From assembly GCF_008065095.1 (NCBI RefSeq), contig NZ_CP042911.1, forward strand, positions 6,330,001 through 6,362,000: DNA of 32,000 nt, in the 5' to 3' direction. The stretch comes from Gemmata obscuriglobus (lineage in GTDB: Bacteria > Planctomycetota > Planctomycetia > Gemmatales > Gemmataceae). The position numbers and the translations under genes are program-made. The notes beneath the pieces are model-generated. The model worked only from the letters and a program-made list of their open reading frames with translations, was not told the origin of the DNA and did no database searches. How positions within the stretch are numbered: position 1 is the stretch's first letter; each line of letters begins with the position of its first letter. This document shows, one piece after another, positions 24,302 to 32,000 of the stretch.

Positions 24302-26890
24302 ATGGCCGTGTCCAAGCTCGTCGATTCAGGGCAGCCGTTCGTGAACGAGCCGGACATCCAGCGCACGACCTTCGCGGTCGATGCGCCGGGGCGGTTCTTC
24401 TGCAACACGTGGGACGAGGCCGTCAGCGCGCAGCAGGGCCGTCCGTTCGATGTCGTGATCGTCGGCTCGGGCATGTACGGCGGGTACCTGGCGGCCAAGC
24501 TGTACGAGTTCGGCGGGGACCTGCCCGAGGCCGACCGCCCCCGGGTGCTGGTGCTGGAGTCCGGCCCGTTCCTGCTCGCCGAACACATCCAGAACCTGAC
24601 CGGGATGGGGGACGCGTTTGACCTGCCCGCCCGCGACCTGATCGACGAGGCGACGCAGGGGCGTGGGGACAAGATCGACCCCGGCCGGCTGTTCGTCCGG
24701 CACCACCGGTGCGTCGGCGGCAAGTCCCCGTTCTGGGGCGGCTGGGCCCCGCGGCTGACCGAGGAGGACCTGGCGCAGTGGCCGGCCGAGGTCCGGGAGT
24801 ACCTGCTCCAGGCCGGCCGGCCCGACGGGTACGAGTACGTCGAGCGGGAAATCGGGGCGCGGCCGACGGCCGACTTCATGAGCGGCAAGCTGCTCGACGC
24901 CCTGCTCGCGCGCGTGAGGGAGTCGCTCCCCGGCGACCCGCGCCTGGCCTTCGTGGATGACGCCCCCATCGCCGTGCTCGGCCAGTCGCCGGGGTCCGGC
25001 CTGTTCAGCATGGACAAGTTCAGCAGCCTGGCCCTGCTGCTCTCGGCGGTCCGGGACGACATCGGCCGGGCGAAGAACAAGGGCGGGGACGCGGCCCGGC
25101 GGCTGTTCCTGGTACCAAACGCCGAGGTGCTGCGGCTGGAAACGCAGAGCGGGGCGGTCCGGCAGGTGGTCGCCGCGCTGCGCGACTTCGCCGAGCCGGA
25201 GAACCGGAGCCGGGCGCGAGTGGTCCGGTTGGACGTGCAGCCCGGCGCGGTCGTGGTTCTGGCCGGGAACACCGTGAACTCCACCCGGCTGGCCCTCAAC
25301 TCGTTCCCCCGACCGCGGCAGATGTCGCCGACCGGGGAGCTGATGGGCCGCAACCTGATGGCCCACGTCCGGAGCAACTTCATCTGGAAGGTCGACCGGA
25401 AGAAGCTGATCGGCGACACCGTGCTGGGCACCAACCTCCAGACGGCGGCGCTCCACGTCCAGGGCGCGGCGAACACCGCGAAGGGCCGCGGGCGGTTCCA
25501 CTTCCAGTTCTACGCCGCCCCGAACATGGACACCAACGCATTCCCGGGCGCTTCGAACAACCCGGAGGAGTTCCTCTATCGAATGGTCCCGAGCGTCGAG
25601 GAGTACGAGCGGATGCTCAAGGCCCAGGAGGGGCTGGGCACCCGCATCGTAGTCGGCATCCGCACGTGCGGGGAAACGTTTGGGGACAAAACCACTCCGG
25701 TCGACACGAGCAACGCGGTGAGCTGGATGAACGTCAGTCCGTTCGGCGGCGCCGGGGACGACGTGTACGTCGAGGGCGGGCGGGAGGTGCGCGTCCCGAA
25801 GGCGTTCGCCAACCTGGTCGAGACGGCGGCCGACCGGCAGGTCCGGGACGCCCAGGACGGGGCCGCGTTCGCGCTCATCGAGCGGCTGACCGGGCTGCCG
25901 ACCGGTGCGGCCGGGAGCCGCGACCCGGCCGCACCGGTCGAGCTCATCGCCGAGAACAAGGACCGGATCGGGACCACGTTCCACGACTCCGGCACCCTCT
26001 GGCTCGGTGCCGACCCGGCCGCGTCGGTGACCGACGTCAACGGCCGGTTCCACCACGTCGCCAACGCCGCGTGCGTGGACCAGGCCATCTTCCCGACGGT
26101 CGGGTCCGCCAACCCGGTGCCCACCGGCTTGGCCCTCGCCCGGAAGGCCGCCCGGGCCATCATCGACCGGCACCGGCCGGCCCCCCCGCCGGCCGGGGGC
26201 GAAGCGGGGTTCGAGCCCCTCTACAAGGGCGACTTCGCGGCGGACGGGTGGAAGTACGCCGGGCCGCGGTTCGACGGCCAGGTGCCGTTCTTCGACGTCC
26301 AGGTCGGCGGGCCGGTCCTCGGGGCCGGGGTCGGCAGCCCGTTCTTTGACAGCGTGCTCGGGGTCCTCTGGTTCTCGAAGCGAACGTTCCGGGATTTCGT
26401 CCTTCGGCTGGAGTGGCGGACGTTCGACGGGGCCGCCAACGCCGGGGTGCTTCTACGGGCGCCCGAGCCGGCCCAACTCGACGCGGACCACTTCTACAAC
26501 TCGGCGGTCGAGGTGCAGATCGACGAGCGCGGGTTCGCCTTCGATGCGACCAATCCGGGGAACAGCTTTTACGGAAGTCCGCTCCACCGAACGGGCGCCG
26601 TGTACGGACTGTTCCCCGCCCGGTCGTGGGCGGCCAAGCGGGTGAACTCCCGGGTCCCGGGTCGGGACGCGTACTGGAACCTGTTCGAGATCACCCTTCG
26701 GGGGCCGAACGTCGAAGTGCGGCTGAACGGCCAGATCGTGTCGGGCGGGACGCTCCAGAACCCGCTGCCGGCCGGGGCCGCGAACGCCCCGAACACCGAC
26801 CCGGCCCGCAAGCGGTCGGACGGGTTCCTCGGCCTCCAGTGCCACACCGAAGTCGTTCAGTTCCGCAACATCCGGGTGAAAACCCTGTAA
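24302..26890 (+). CDS. GMC-family FAD oxidoreductase fused to a C-terminal DUF1080 (3-keto-disaccharide hydrolase-like) domain
   Basis: The N-terminal part has FDVVIVGSGMYGG, a Rossmann GxGxxG motif. The GMC C-terminal signature is HDSGTLWLGAD...VTDVNGRFHHVANAACVDQAIFPTVGSANPVPT. From about nt 26200: GWKY...FRDFVLRLEWR...NAGVLLRAP...EVQIDE...TGAVYGL...WNLFEITLRG..VEVRLNG...GFLGLQCH...VQFRNIRVK, the DUF1080 pattern. AGGTGA lies before ATG 24302; GTG 24293 is an alternative start. Confidence 0.85.
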   Translation: MAVSKLVDSGQPFVNEPDIQRTTFAVDAPGRFFCNTWDEAVSAQQGRPFDVVIVGSGMYGGYLAAKLYEFGGDLPEADRPRVLVLESGPFLLAEHIQNLTGMGDAFDLPARDLIDEATQGRGDKIDPGRLFVRHHRCVGGKSPFWGGWAPRLTEEDLAQWPAEVREYLLQAGRPDGYEYVEREIGARPTADFMSGKLLDALLARVRESLPGDPRLAFVDDAPIAVLGQSPGSGLFSMDKFSSLALLLSAVRDDIGRAKNKGGDAARRLFLVPNAEVLRLETQSGAVRQVVAALRDFAEPENRSRARVVRLDVQPGAVVVLAGNTVNSTRLALNSFPRPRQMSPTGELMGRNLMAHVRSNFIWKVDRKKLIGDTVLGTNLQTAALHVQGAANTAKGRGRFHFQFYAAPNMDTNAFPGASNNPEEFLYRMVPSVEEYERMLKAQEGLGTRIVVGIRTCGETFGDKTTPVDTSNAVSWMNVSPFGGAGDDVYVEGGREVRVPKAFANLVETAADRQVRDAQDGAAFALIERLTGLPTGAAGSRDPAAPVELIAENKDRIGTTFHDSGTLWLGADPAASVTDVNGRFHHVANAACVDQAIFPTVGSANPVPTGLALARKAARAIIDRHRPAPPPAGGEAGFEPLYKGDFAADGWKYAGPRFDGQVPFFDVQVGGPVLGAGVGSPFFDSVLGVLWFSKRTFRDFVLRLEWRTFDGAANAGVLLRAPEPAQLDADHFYNSAVEVQIDERGFAFDATNPGNSFYGSPLHRTGAVYGLFPARSWAAKRVNSRVPGRDAYWNLFEITLRGPNVEVRLNGQIVSGGTLQNPLPAGAANAPNTDPARKRSDGFLGLQCHTEVVQFRNIRVKTL

Positions 26891-26916
26891 CGTCCGTCCC
26901 CGCGAGGAGACCCAGC

Positions 26917-28794
26917 ATGCAGACCCGATCCCGGGCCCAGTGGGCCGCCGTTGCATCCTTTGTCGCGGCATCCCTGGTTGCCGGCGGCGCCATCGACGGT
27001 CAAGACGAGAAGAAGGACGACAAGCCCGTGAGCCCGGGCGCCGCCGCGCCGTCGGCGGTCCGGCGGGTCGCGGTGACGCCCCTGAAGGAGCGCAGCCCGA
27101 CCGGCGGCCCGGTGATGGAAGTGCGGCTCCCGGGCGCCGAAAAGCGCCTGGTCCGAGGGTCGGTAACGCAGGACATCAAAATTCCCGAGAGAGGCGTCCC
27201 CGCGGGCGAACCGACGCAGCGAGTGTCGATCGGCCCGGACGAATTGTACCAGGACCAGAAGCGCTACGAAGAGGACCTCCTGAAGGTGGGCGAGTTCGTC
27301 GACTTCTCGGACCGCAGCCGGCACAAACTCGCCCCCAAGGACGCCAAACAGTGGCGGGCGGTCAAAACGCCGGTCGGTCGGGAGACGCAACTGCCGCCGT
27401 ATCTCGGCTCCCCGGTCCTGTGCGAGGAGGACATCCAGACGCTCAGCGAGCGGTGCCTGATGATCCGGGACCCGGCCGTCGTTGACGACCGGCGGGCCAA
27501 GGGCACCGGTGCCTGGTCCTTCGGTCACCTGATGACCGAGATGGCCAACGAGAAGGCGACCGGCATCAAGCCGTCCGATTTCGTGCTCCGCTGGCTTGAG
27601 CACTGGGAGCGGGATCAGAACGTCAACGGGTGCCGGATCGACAACCGCCGGGACGGCATCCGGGCGCTCGTCATCGACCCGTGGCAGGAGGCCAGCGGCG
27701 GCCCGGGCAAGCCGCTGGACCTGGCCAAGGCCCCGTTCCGGCTGATGGCCATCATCAACCGCCTCGACCTGAGCAGTAACGCGGTTCTCGGGGTCGACCG
27801 GATCGGGGACGGCGGGGCCGGTGAGGCACGCCTCATGTTCTGCGCCCTCGACACGCGAAAAGAGAAAGACCTCGACAAGGCACCGCCAGCGCTGTTCACC
27901 GTCATCTTCGAGTACGGGATCAAGCGGAAAAGCTTGCAGGGTGTCAAGGACTGGGCGGAAAGCTGGTACGAGCTGCGGCTCCACGACCCGAAGACGGACG
28001 CGTACAAGGCACGCCTGGAGCGGCTCACCGAGGAATTCGTTCGGGCCGGGGCAGACCCGGAGTGCCCGCCGAACCGCAGCGCACTGGCTCAGCTGCGGAC
28101 GAATGAAATCGCACTGGACCTCGTGGCGAGTGAGTTGGGGGTGGAACTCGACCGGATCGACGGGCTCCCCCGGCCGCTGTGGGAGCTCCGCGAGTTCGTC
28201 GTCAACACCCACGACGACGGGTTCCTATACCAGGTCACGGTCAAGCAAACGCCCCGGCTCGCCCTCCGGGGCGGGGCGGCGAACCCGACCGGTGGGCAGC
28301 GGCTCGCCGAGTACGTGAACGTCCCGGCGAACCTGGACGCCATCCTGAACGAGCGCCACCGGCTGCCCGTGCAGTTCCCCGCGGGTCGGCCGTTCGTGGA
28401 CGGGGCCTCGATCACCCCGTTGGACTTCTTCTGGGATGCGCCGGGGATCAAAGACCCCAAGGCCCGGCACTTGCTGTCACTTGCGACGTGCAGCGGGTGC
28501 CACGCGGGCGAGGCGTTCCCCCGGGTGAATAAGCCCGGCGCGACGTTCACGCACCTGTTCCCCCTCACCCGGGTCGAGGGCCGGGCGGCCGAAGTGTCCC
28601 CGTTCCTGAGCGGCAAGGGGGCCGACGGGAAGGAGTTCGCCTTGCCGGACCCGGCCGGCGCGAAGGGGCCGGACGGGAAGGTGATCGAGCGGAAGTTCGC
28701 CGACCTGGAGCGGCGGGCGTACTTCCTGCGCGACTTCGTGCGGTACTTCCTCTACTACCAGCTCAACCGCGTCCCGATCCAGAACGTCCACTGA
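26917..28794 (+). CDS. Secreted/anchored protein of unknown function with a single C-terminal CxxCH motif
   Basis: GAGGAG lies 7 nt before the ATG. The N-terminal hydrophobic segment is WAAVASFVAASLVAGGAI. CSGCH is at nt 28489-28503. The track ORF from 26413 is an out-of-gene upstream extension overlapping the previous CDS. Confidence 0.8.
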   Translation: MQTRSRAQWAAVASFVAASLVAGGAIDGQDEKKDDKPVSPGAAAPSAVRRVAVTPLKERSPTGGPVMEVRLPGAEKRLVRGSVTQDIKIPERGVPAGEPTQRVSIGPDELYQDQKRYEEDLLKVGEFVDFSDRSRHKLAPKDAKQWRAVKTPVGRETQLPPYLGSPVLCEEDIQTLSERCLMIRDPAVVDDRRAKGTGAWSFGHLMTEMANEKATGIKPSDFVLRWLEHWERDQNVNGCRIDNRRDGIRALVIDPWQEASGGPGKPLDLAKAPFRLMAIINRLDLSSNAVLGVDRIGDGGAGEARLMFCALDTRKEKDLDKAPPALFTVIFEYGIKRKSLQGVKDWAESWYELRLHDPKTDAYKARLERLTEEFVRAGADPECPPNRSALAQLRTNEIALDLVASELGVELDRIDGLPRPLWELREFVVNTHDDGFLYQVTVKQTPRLALRGGAANPTGGQRLAEYVNVPANLDAILNERHRLPVQFPAGRPFVDGASITPLDFFWDAPGIKDPKARHLLSLATCSGCHAGEAFPRVNKPGATFTHLFPLTRVEGRAAEVSPFLSGKGADGKEFALPDPAGAKGPDGKVIERKFADLERRAYFLRDFVRYFLYYQLNRVPIQNVH

Positions 28795-28983
28795 CACGAC
28801 CGGCGCCGGCGGGGCCGGGCGCCCACGGCCCGCCGCGCGTCGGCTTCCGGGCGCCGACCACCCGGTCCTTACCGAGACAAGTAGCCCGCCGTGCCCGCCG
28901 GGCCGACGGGCACTAGATGGACATGCGGCGCGGCCCTCACCCGCCCCTCCCCAGCCCCCTCAGTCACTCGCTAAAGGGTTCTC

Positions 28984-30663
28984 ATGCCACCCGAACAAGT
29001 CGACCAGCACCCCCGTCCGGCGACAGTCCAACAGGTCCAGCCGGCGAAACCTCGCGCGGCTCATACGGTCGTCAAGGCTGAGGCGCCCGTCTGCACCCCG
29101 TCGCAGGTTACGGCGACCGGCCCGAACGGGGACGAGCAGGACTTTCCGACCTACCTCGGCAACTACCACAAGGGGTTGGAACATGATCAGTACGGGGTAG
29201 TGGTCAAGGAAGTCTATGATAATTACTTTCTCGCCGCCGTCGGCACCACCACTCCGGCCCCGGACGCGTTTACCAACATCCCCCTCGCCCTCAAACGGAA
29301 GCTGACCAACCCCCAAGCCGGGTTGGCCACGGACCTGGAAGGTCCGGACCCGAAGACACTGGCCATCCGGTCCGCCCCGAAGGTCAACAGCCCCGAGGCC
29401 GCCGCCGAGGCCGTCGAACTGTACTGGATGTCCCTGCTCCGCGACGTCCCGTTCTCCCAGTTCGGCGACACCGACACGCACCCGCTGATCGCGACCGCGC
29501 TCACAGATCTCTCCCGGCTCGCCGCGTTCACCGGCCCGAAGGTGGGCGGCAAGGTGACCCCCGAGACGCTGTTCCGCGGGTGCGCCGCCGGGTCGAACCG
29601 CGGCCCGCTCGTGTCCCAGTTCCTCCTCCTCGATGTCCCCTACGGGTCGCTCACGATCAGCCATCGGCAGCGAACGGTTGTCGGCGGTCACGAGTACCTA
29701 ACGGACCCGGTCACCTGGCTCGCGGTCCAGGACGGGAGCCCGGCCGCCCCGCCGGATCTGTTCGACCCGACCCCGCGGTACATCCGGAACATGCGGGACC
29801 TGGGCCAGTACGTCCACGTCGACGCGCTGTACGAGGCGTACTTAAACGCCTGCCTGATCCTGCTCGGGATGAACGCCCCGGTGGACAAGGGGAACCCGTA
29901 CTACGCGAACGCCCCCTACGGGCAACCGAGCTGCCTGCCGAGCGGCAACCAGTCGAAAACGCAGATCGGGTTCGGGACGTTCGGGGGGCCGCACATCCTC
30001 AGTTTGGTCTGCGAAGTGGCCACCCGCGCGCTGAAGGCCGTCTGGTTCCAGAAGTGGTTCGTCCACCGGCGCCTCCGCCCCGAAGCGTACGGGGGGCTGG
30101 TCCACTTCCGGAAGACCGGCGCGCGCCAGGACTTCCCGGTCCACGACGACGTCCTCAACTCGCCCGCGCTCGACGAGGTGTTCGCACGGCACGGGACGTA
30201 CCTGCTCCCCATGCAATTTCCCGAGGGAAGCCCGACGCACCCGGCGTACGGGGCCGGGCACGCGACGGTGGCCGGGGCGTGCGTCACCATCCTGAAGGCC
30301 TTCTTCGACGAGGATTACCCGATCCCCCACCCGGTGGTGCCGAACGACGACGGAACGGCCTTGGTCCCGTACACGGGTCCGGACGCCCACCGGCTGACCG
30401 TCGGCGGGGAGCTGGACAAGGTCGCGGCCAACATCGCGATCGGGCGGAACATGGCCGGGGTTCACTGGCGGAGCGACTACCGGGAGTCGGTTCTGCTGGG
30501 CCAGACCGTGGCGCTGTGCGTCCTCCACCGGCAGGCCCGCGATTACCACGAGGACTACTCGTTCACCGTCACGCTGTACGACGGAACGCGGGTGGTCGTT
30601 GACAAGAGCGGGGTGAAGACCGCGGACGGCAAGCCCTACGCGCTGCCGGGCTGCGCGCACTGA
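28984..30663 (+). CDS. Vanadium-dependent haloperoxidase-like / PAP2-superfamily protein
   Basis: Three PAP2/haloperoxidase-type motifs occur in order: KWFVHRRLRP (~30052), PTHPAYGAGHAT (~30235) and GRNMAGVHWRSD (~30441). The N-terminal 'NYHKGLEHD' phrase is common in bacterial members as I recall them. No signal peptide is seen. Confidence 0.8.
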   Translation: MPPEQVDQHPRPATVQQVQPAKPRAAHTVVKAEAPVCTPSQVTATGPNGDEQDFPTYLGNYHKGLEHDQYGVVVKEVYDNYFLAAVGTTTPAPDAFTNIPLALKRKLTNPQAGLATDLEGPDPKTLAIRSAPKVNSPEAAAEAVELYWMSLLRDVPFSQFGDTDTHPLIATALTDLSRLAAFTGPKVGGKVTPETLFRGCAAGSNRGPLVSQFLLLDVPYGSLTISHRQRTVVGGHEYLTDPVTWLAVQDGSPAAPPDLFDPTPRYIRNMRDLGQYVHVDALYEAYLNACLILLGMNAPVDKGNPYYANAPYGQPSCLPSGNQSKTQIGFGTFGGPHILSLVCEVATRALKAVWFQKWFVHRRLRPEAYGGLVHFRKTGARQDFPVHDDVLNSPALDEVFARHGTYLLPMQFPEGSPTHPAYGAGHATVAGACVTILKAFFDEDYPIPHPVVPNDDGTALVPYTGPDAHRLTVGGELDKVAANIAIGRNMAGVHWRSDYRESVLLGQTVALCVLHRQARDYHEDYSFTVTLYDGTRVVVDKSGVKTADGKPYALPGCAH

Positions 30664-30681
30664 CCCGGCGGCGCCGGGTTC

Positions 30682-30718
30682 GACCGCGGGACGGCGGCGC
30701 TCACGCCGTCCCGCGGTC
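30682..30718 (+). terminator. Perfect 14-bp GC hairpin between the haloperoxidase-like gene and the small ORF
   Basis: gaccgcgggacggc / 9-nt loop / gccgtcccgcggtc, 19 nt after the stop at 30663. No U-tract, so it could be a terminator, attenuator or RNA-stability element. Confidence 0.4.
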
Positions 30719-30775
30719 ACGCATCACGGTTCCCGACCAGCCGGCCCGAGCCGAACGAACCAAGGGGGAGGCACA

Positions 30776-31138
30776 ATGACCCGTTACGAGCGCGTCCAGC
30801 AGATCCTCGACCAGTCCGTCGGAGGCCCGGGCGTCGACATCGGGGTCCACGGGGCGTTCTGGCGCAACCGGACGCGCGACCAGTTCGTCACGTTCCGGTT
30901 CCGAGGTCTTGACCTCGTGGCGGTGGGGGACGGGGCGGAGTCGAACCTTGTGAAGGCGTTGCGGGGGGAGGCGCCTTTCGGTGCCGACCTCCCGAACCCG
31001 CCGCCTGGGGCCCGGTTCAGCCGAATGCCCGCGGGACTCGACCCCGTCCCCGATCCGGACATCGCGTTCATTCAGCGGTGGATCGACGCCGGCTGTCCGG
31101 AGGACCAGTTCGCCTCCGGCCGACTGGAACACCAATAA
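30776..31138 (+). CDS. Small hypothetical protein (120 aa)
   Basis: GGGGGAGG lies 4 nt upstream of the ATG. G/C-rich third codon positions. Conserved-looking HGAFW...RMP...IQRWIDAGCP. I cannot name a family. Confidence 0.7.
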   Translation: MTRYERVQQILDQSVGGPGVDIGVHGAFWRNRTRDQFVTFRFRGLDLVAVGDGAESNLVKALRGEAPFGADLPNPPPGARFSRMPAGLDPVPDPDIAFIQRWIDAGCPEDQFASGRLEHQ

Positions 31139-31151
31139 AGAGGACGCTCTG

Positions 31152-32000
31152 GTGCCACACGGATTCATCACCTGGCGACCGGCCGGGCACGCGGGTAACG
31201 CGCGCGTCGCCGCCCCGCCGGCGTTCGCCCTGGCGGGAGCGGCGGGGCCGCAGTTGTGCCCGGCCCCGCCGGAGCCCCGGCCGGAAGCCGCTCAACCGCT
31301 GGCGGCTCGGGACGAGGCCGTCTTCCTCCTTCACACCGCGGCCGAGATCGAGCACGCGCTGCTCGTTCAGTACCTCTACGCCGCGTTCTCGTTCGGCGAG
31401 CCGGCGGCCCGCCTGCGCGCGAACGGGGGCGACCTCGAGCCGGAACCGCACGCCAAAGTGTTCGGCCCCGGCGGGTGGGACCGGACGCTCCTCGACATCG
31501 CGGTGGAGGAAATGTTCCACCTGATGACCGTCCAGAACGTGCTCCGGGCGATCGGCGGCCCGCTCAACCTGGAACGCGAGGACATGCCGTTCCGCAGCGA
31601 GTTCTACCCGTTCCCCTTTACCCTGGAGCCGGTGACCAAGGCGTCCCTGGCCCGGTACGTGGCCGCCGAAATGCCCGCCCGGCCCGACCCGGCTGCGTAC
31701 CCACTCCTTCCAGAGATTTTGGCCCGCGCGCGGGTCGCCAACCACCAGGGGGAGATCAACCGGGTCGGCGCGCTTTACGCCCGCATCCTCGAGCTCCTCG
31801 GGCGCGTCCCGTCGGATGCGTTCCGACCGGAGACCGCAAACGGGTACCAGGCGGACCCGGCGGAATGGGGCGGGAGCGACGCCACGGCCCTACCGGCCAA
31901 CAAGCGCGCCCGCATTCTGGCGCGGTTCGGGGGCACGCCGTCCGAGACCAAAAACAAGGTTCGTGCCGTACTCTCCCTGATCGCGGAGCAGGGCGAAGGG
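31152..32000 (+). CDS. Ferritin-like domain protein (PF12902-like), 3'-partial at the window end
   Basis: Not in the ORF track because no stop falls in the window. My translation from GTG 31152 (AGAGGA 7 nt upstream) gives ...FLLHTAAEIEHALLVQYLYAAFSF...LLDIAVEEMFHLMTVQNVLRAIGGPLNLEREDMPF...YPFPFTLEP..KASLARYVAAEMP. This is the EIEH...EEM.HL pattern of the VioB-N-terminal-type ferritin-like family. Open through base 32000. Confidence 0.75.
   Translation, partial: MPHGFITWRPAGHAGNARVAAPPAFALAGAAGPQLCPAPPEPRPEAAQPLAARDEAVFLLHTAAEIEHALLVQYLYAAFSFGEPAARLRANGGDLEPEPHAKVFGPGGWDRTLLDIAVEEMFHLMTVQNVLRAIGGPLNLEREDMPFRSEFYPFPFTLEPVTKASLARYVAAEMPARPDPAAYPLLPEILARARVANHQGEINRVGALYARILELLGRVPSDAFRPETANGYQADPAEWGGSDATALPANKRARILARFGGTPSETKNKVRAVLSLIAEQGEG

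Noticed and set aside
24217-26173. 419-aa and 615-aa minus-strand ORFs opposite the GMC gene
   Set aside because: Shadow ORFs of a high-G+C gene with low-complexity Arg/Pro/Gly content. The plus frame has FAD-binding and GMC signatures.
26413-26916. Upstream extension of the 793-aa track ORF (26413..28794)
   Set aside because: The extension overlaps the 3' end of the GMC::DUF1080 gene out of frame and is Arg/Gly-rich. An ATG with a GAGGAG RBS and a signal-anchor sequence begins at 26917.
30676-30683. tRNA T-arm-like 'gggttcga'
   Set aside because: No acceptor stem, D-arm or anticodon arm can be built around it. It sits next to a simple palindromic hairpin (30682-30718).
29580-30720. 340-aa plus-strand and 292-aa minus-strand ORFs overlapping the haloperoxidase-like gene
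   Set aside because: These are alternative-frame or antisense artefacts with Arg/Pro-rich composition. The 28984..30663 frame carries the PAP2/haloperoxidase motifs.
1-32000. CRISPR arrays, rRNA or other structured RNA genes
   Set aside because: No regularly spaced short direct repeats were seen. The only tandem or dispersed repeats are in-frame coding repeats in the first ORF and the IS inverted repeats. I saw no rRNA-like or tRNA-like conserved blocks.

Overview
High-G+C window that looks planctomycete and Gemmata-like. This is an inference from a DUF1559 / H-X9-DG prepilin-like protein, an ECF sigma factor paired with a Ser/Thr kinase, and GxW lipocalin-like paralogs. No rRNA, tRNA or CRISPR array was recognised.

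Layout from left to right:
(1) A protein of at least 1115 aa, proline-rich and repetitive, with three internal lipocalin-like modules. It may be 5'-partial.
(2) A translationally coupled DUF2934-CbiQ-CbiO trio, followed by a GT2 glycosyltransferase.
(3) A plasticity zone at about 6.3-17.3 kb. It holds gene stumps, a lower-G+C island with three small lipocalin-like paralogs, an IS66-family element split by an intact IS701-like element, an IS3-family element, a secreted WD40 beta-propeller protein and AT-rich patches.
(4) A metzincin-type peptidase with a HEAT-like tail.
(5) A minus-strand operon: ECF sigma, then a kinase carrying a ZAS-like zinc finger, then a lower-G+C orphan, then a DUF1559 pseudopilin-like protein.
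(6) Divergent from the sigma gene, a co-directional redox cluster: a GMC flavoenzyme fused to DUF1080, a secreted CxxCH protein, a vanadium-haloperoxidase-like PAP2 enzyme, a small orphan and a ferritin-like protein that runs off the window.

The redox cluster next to the ECF/kinase module is my best candidate for an undescribed system. All family assignments come from motif recognition by eye; no searches were run.
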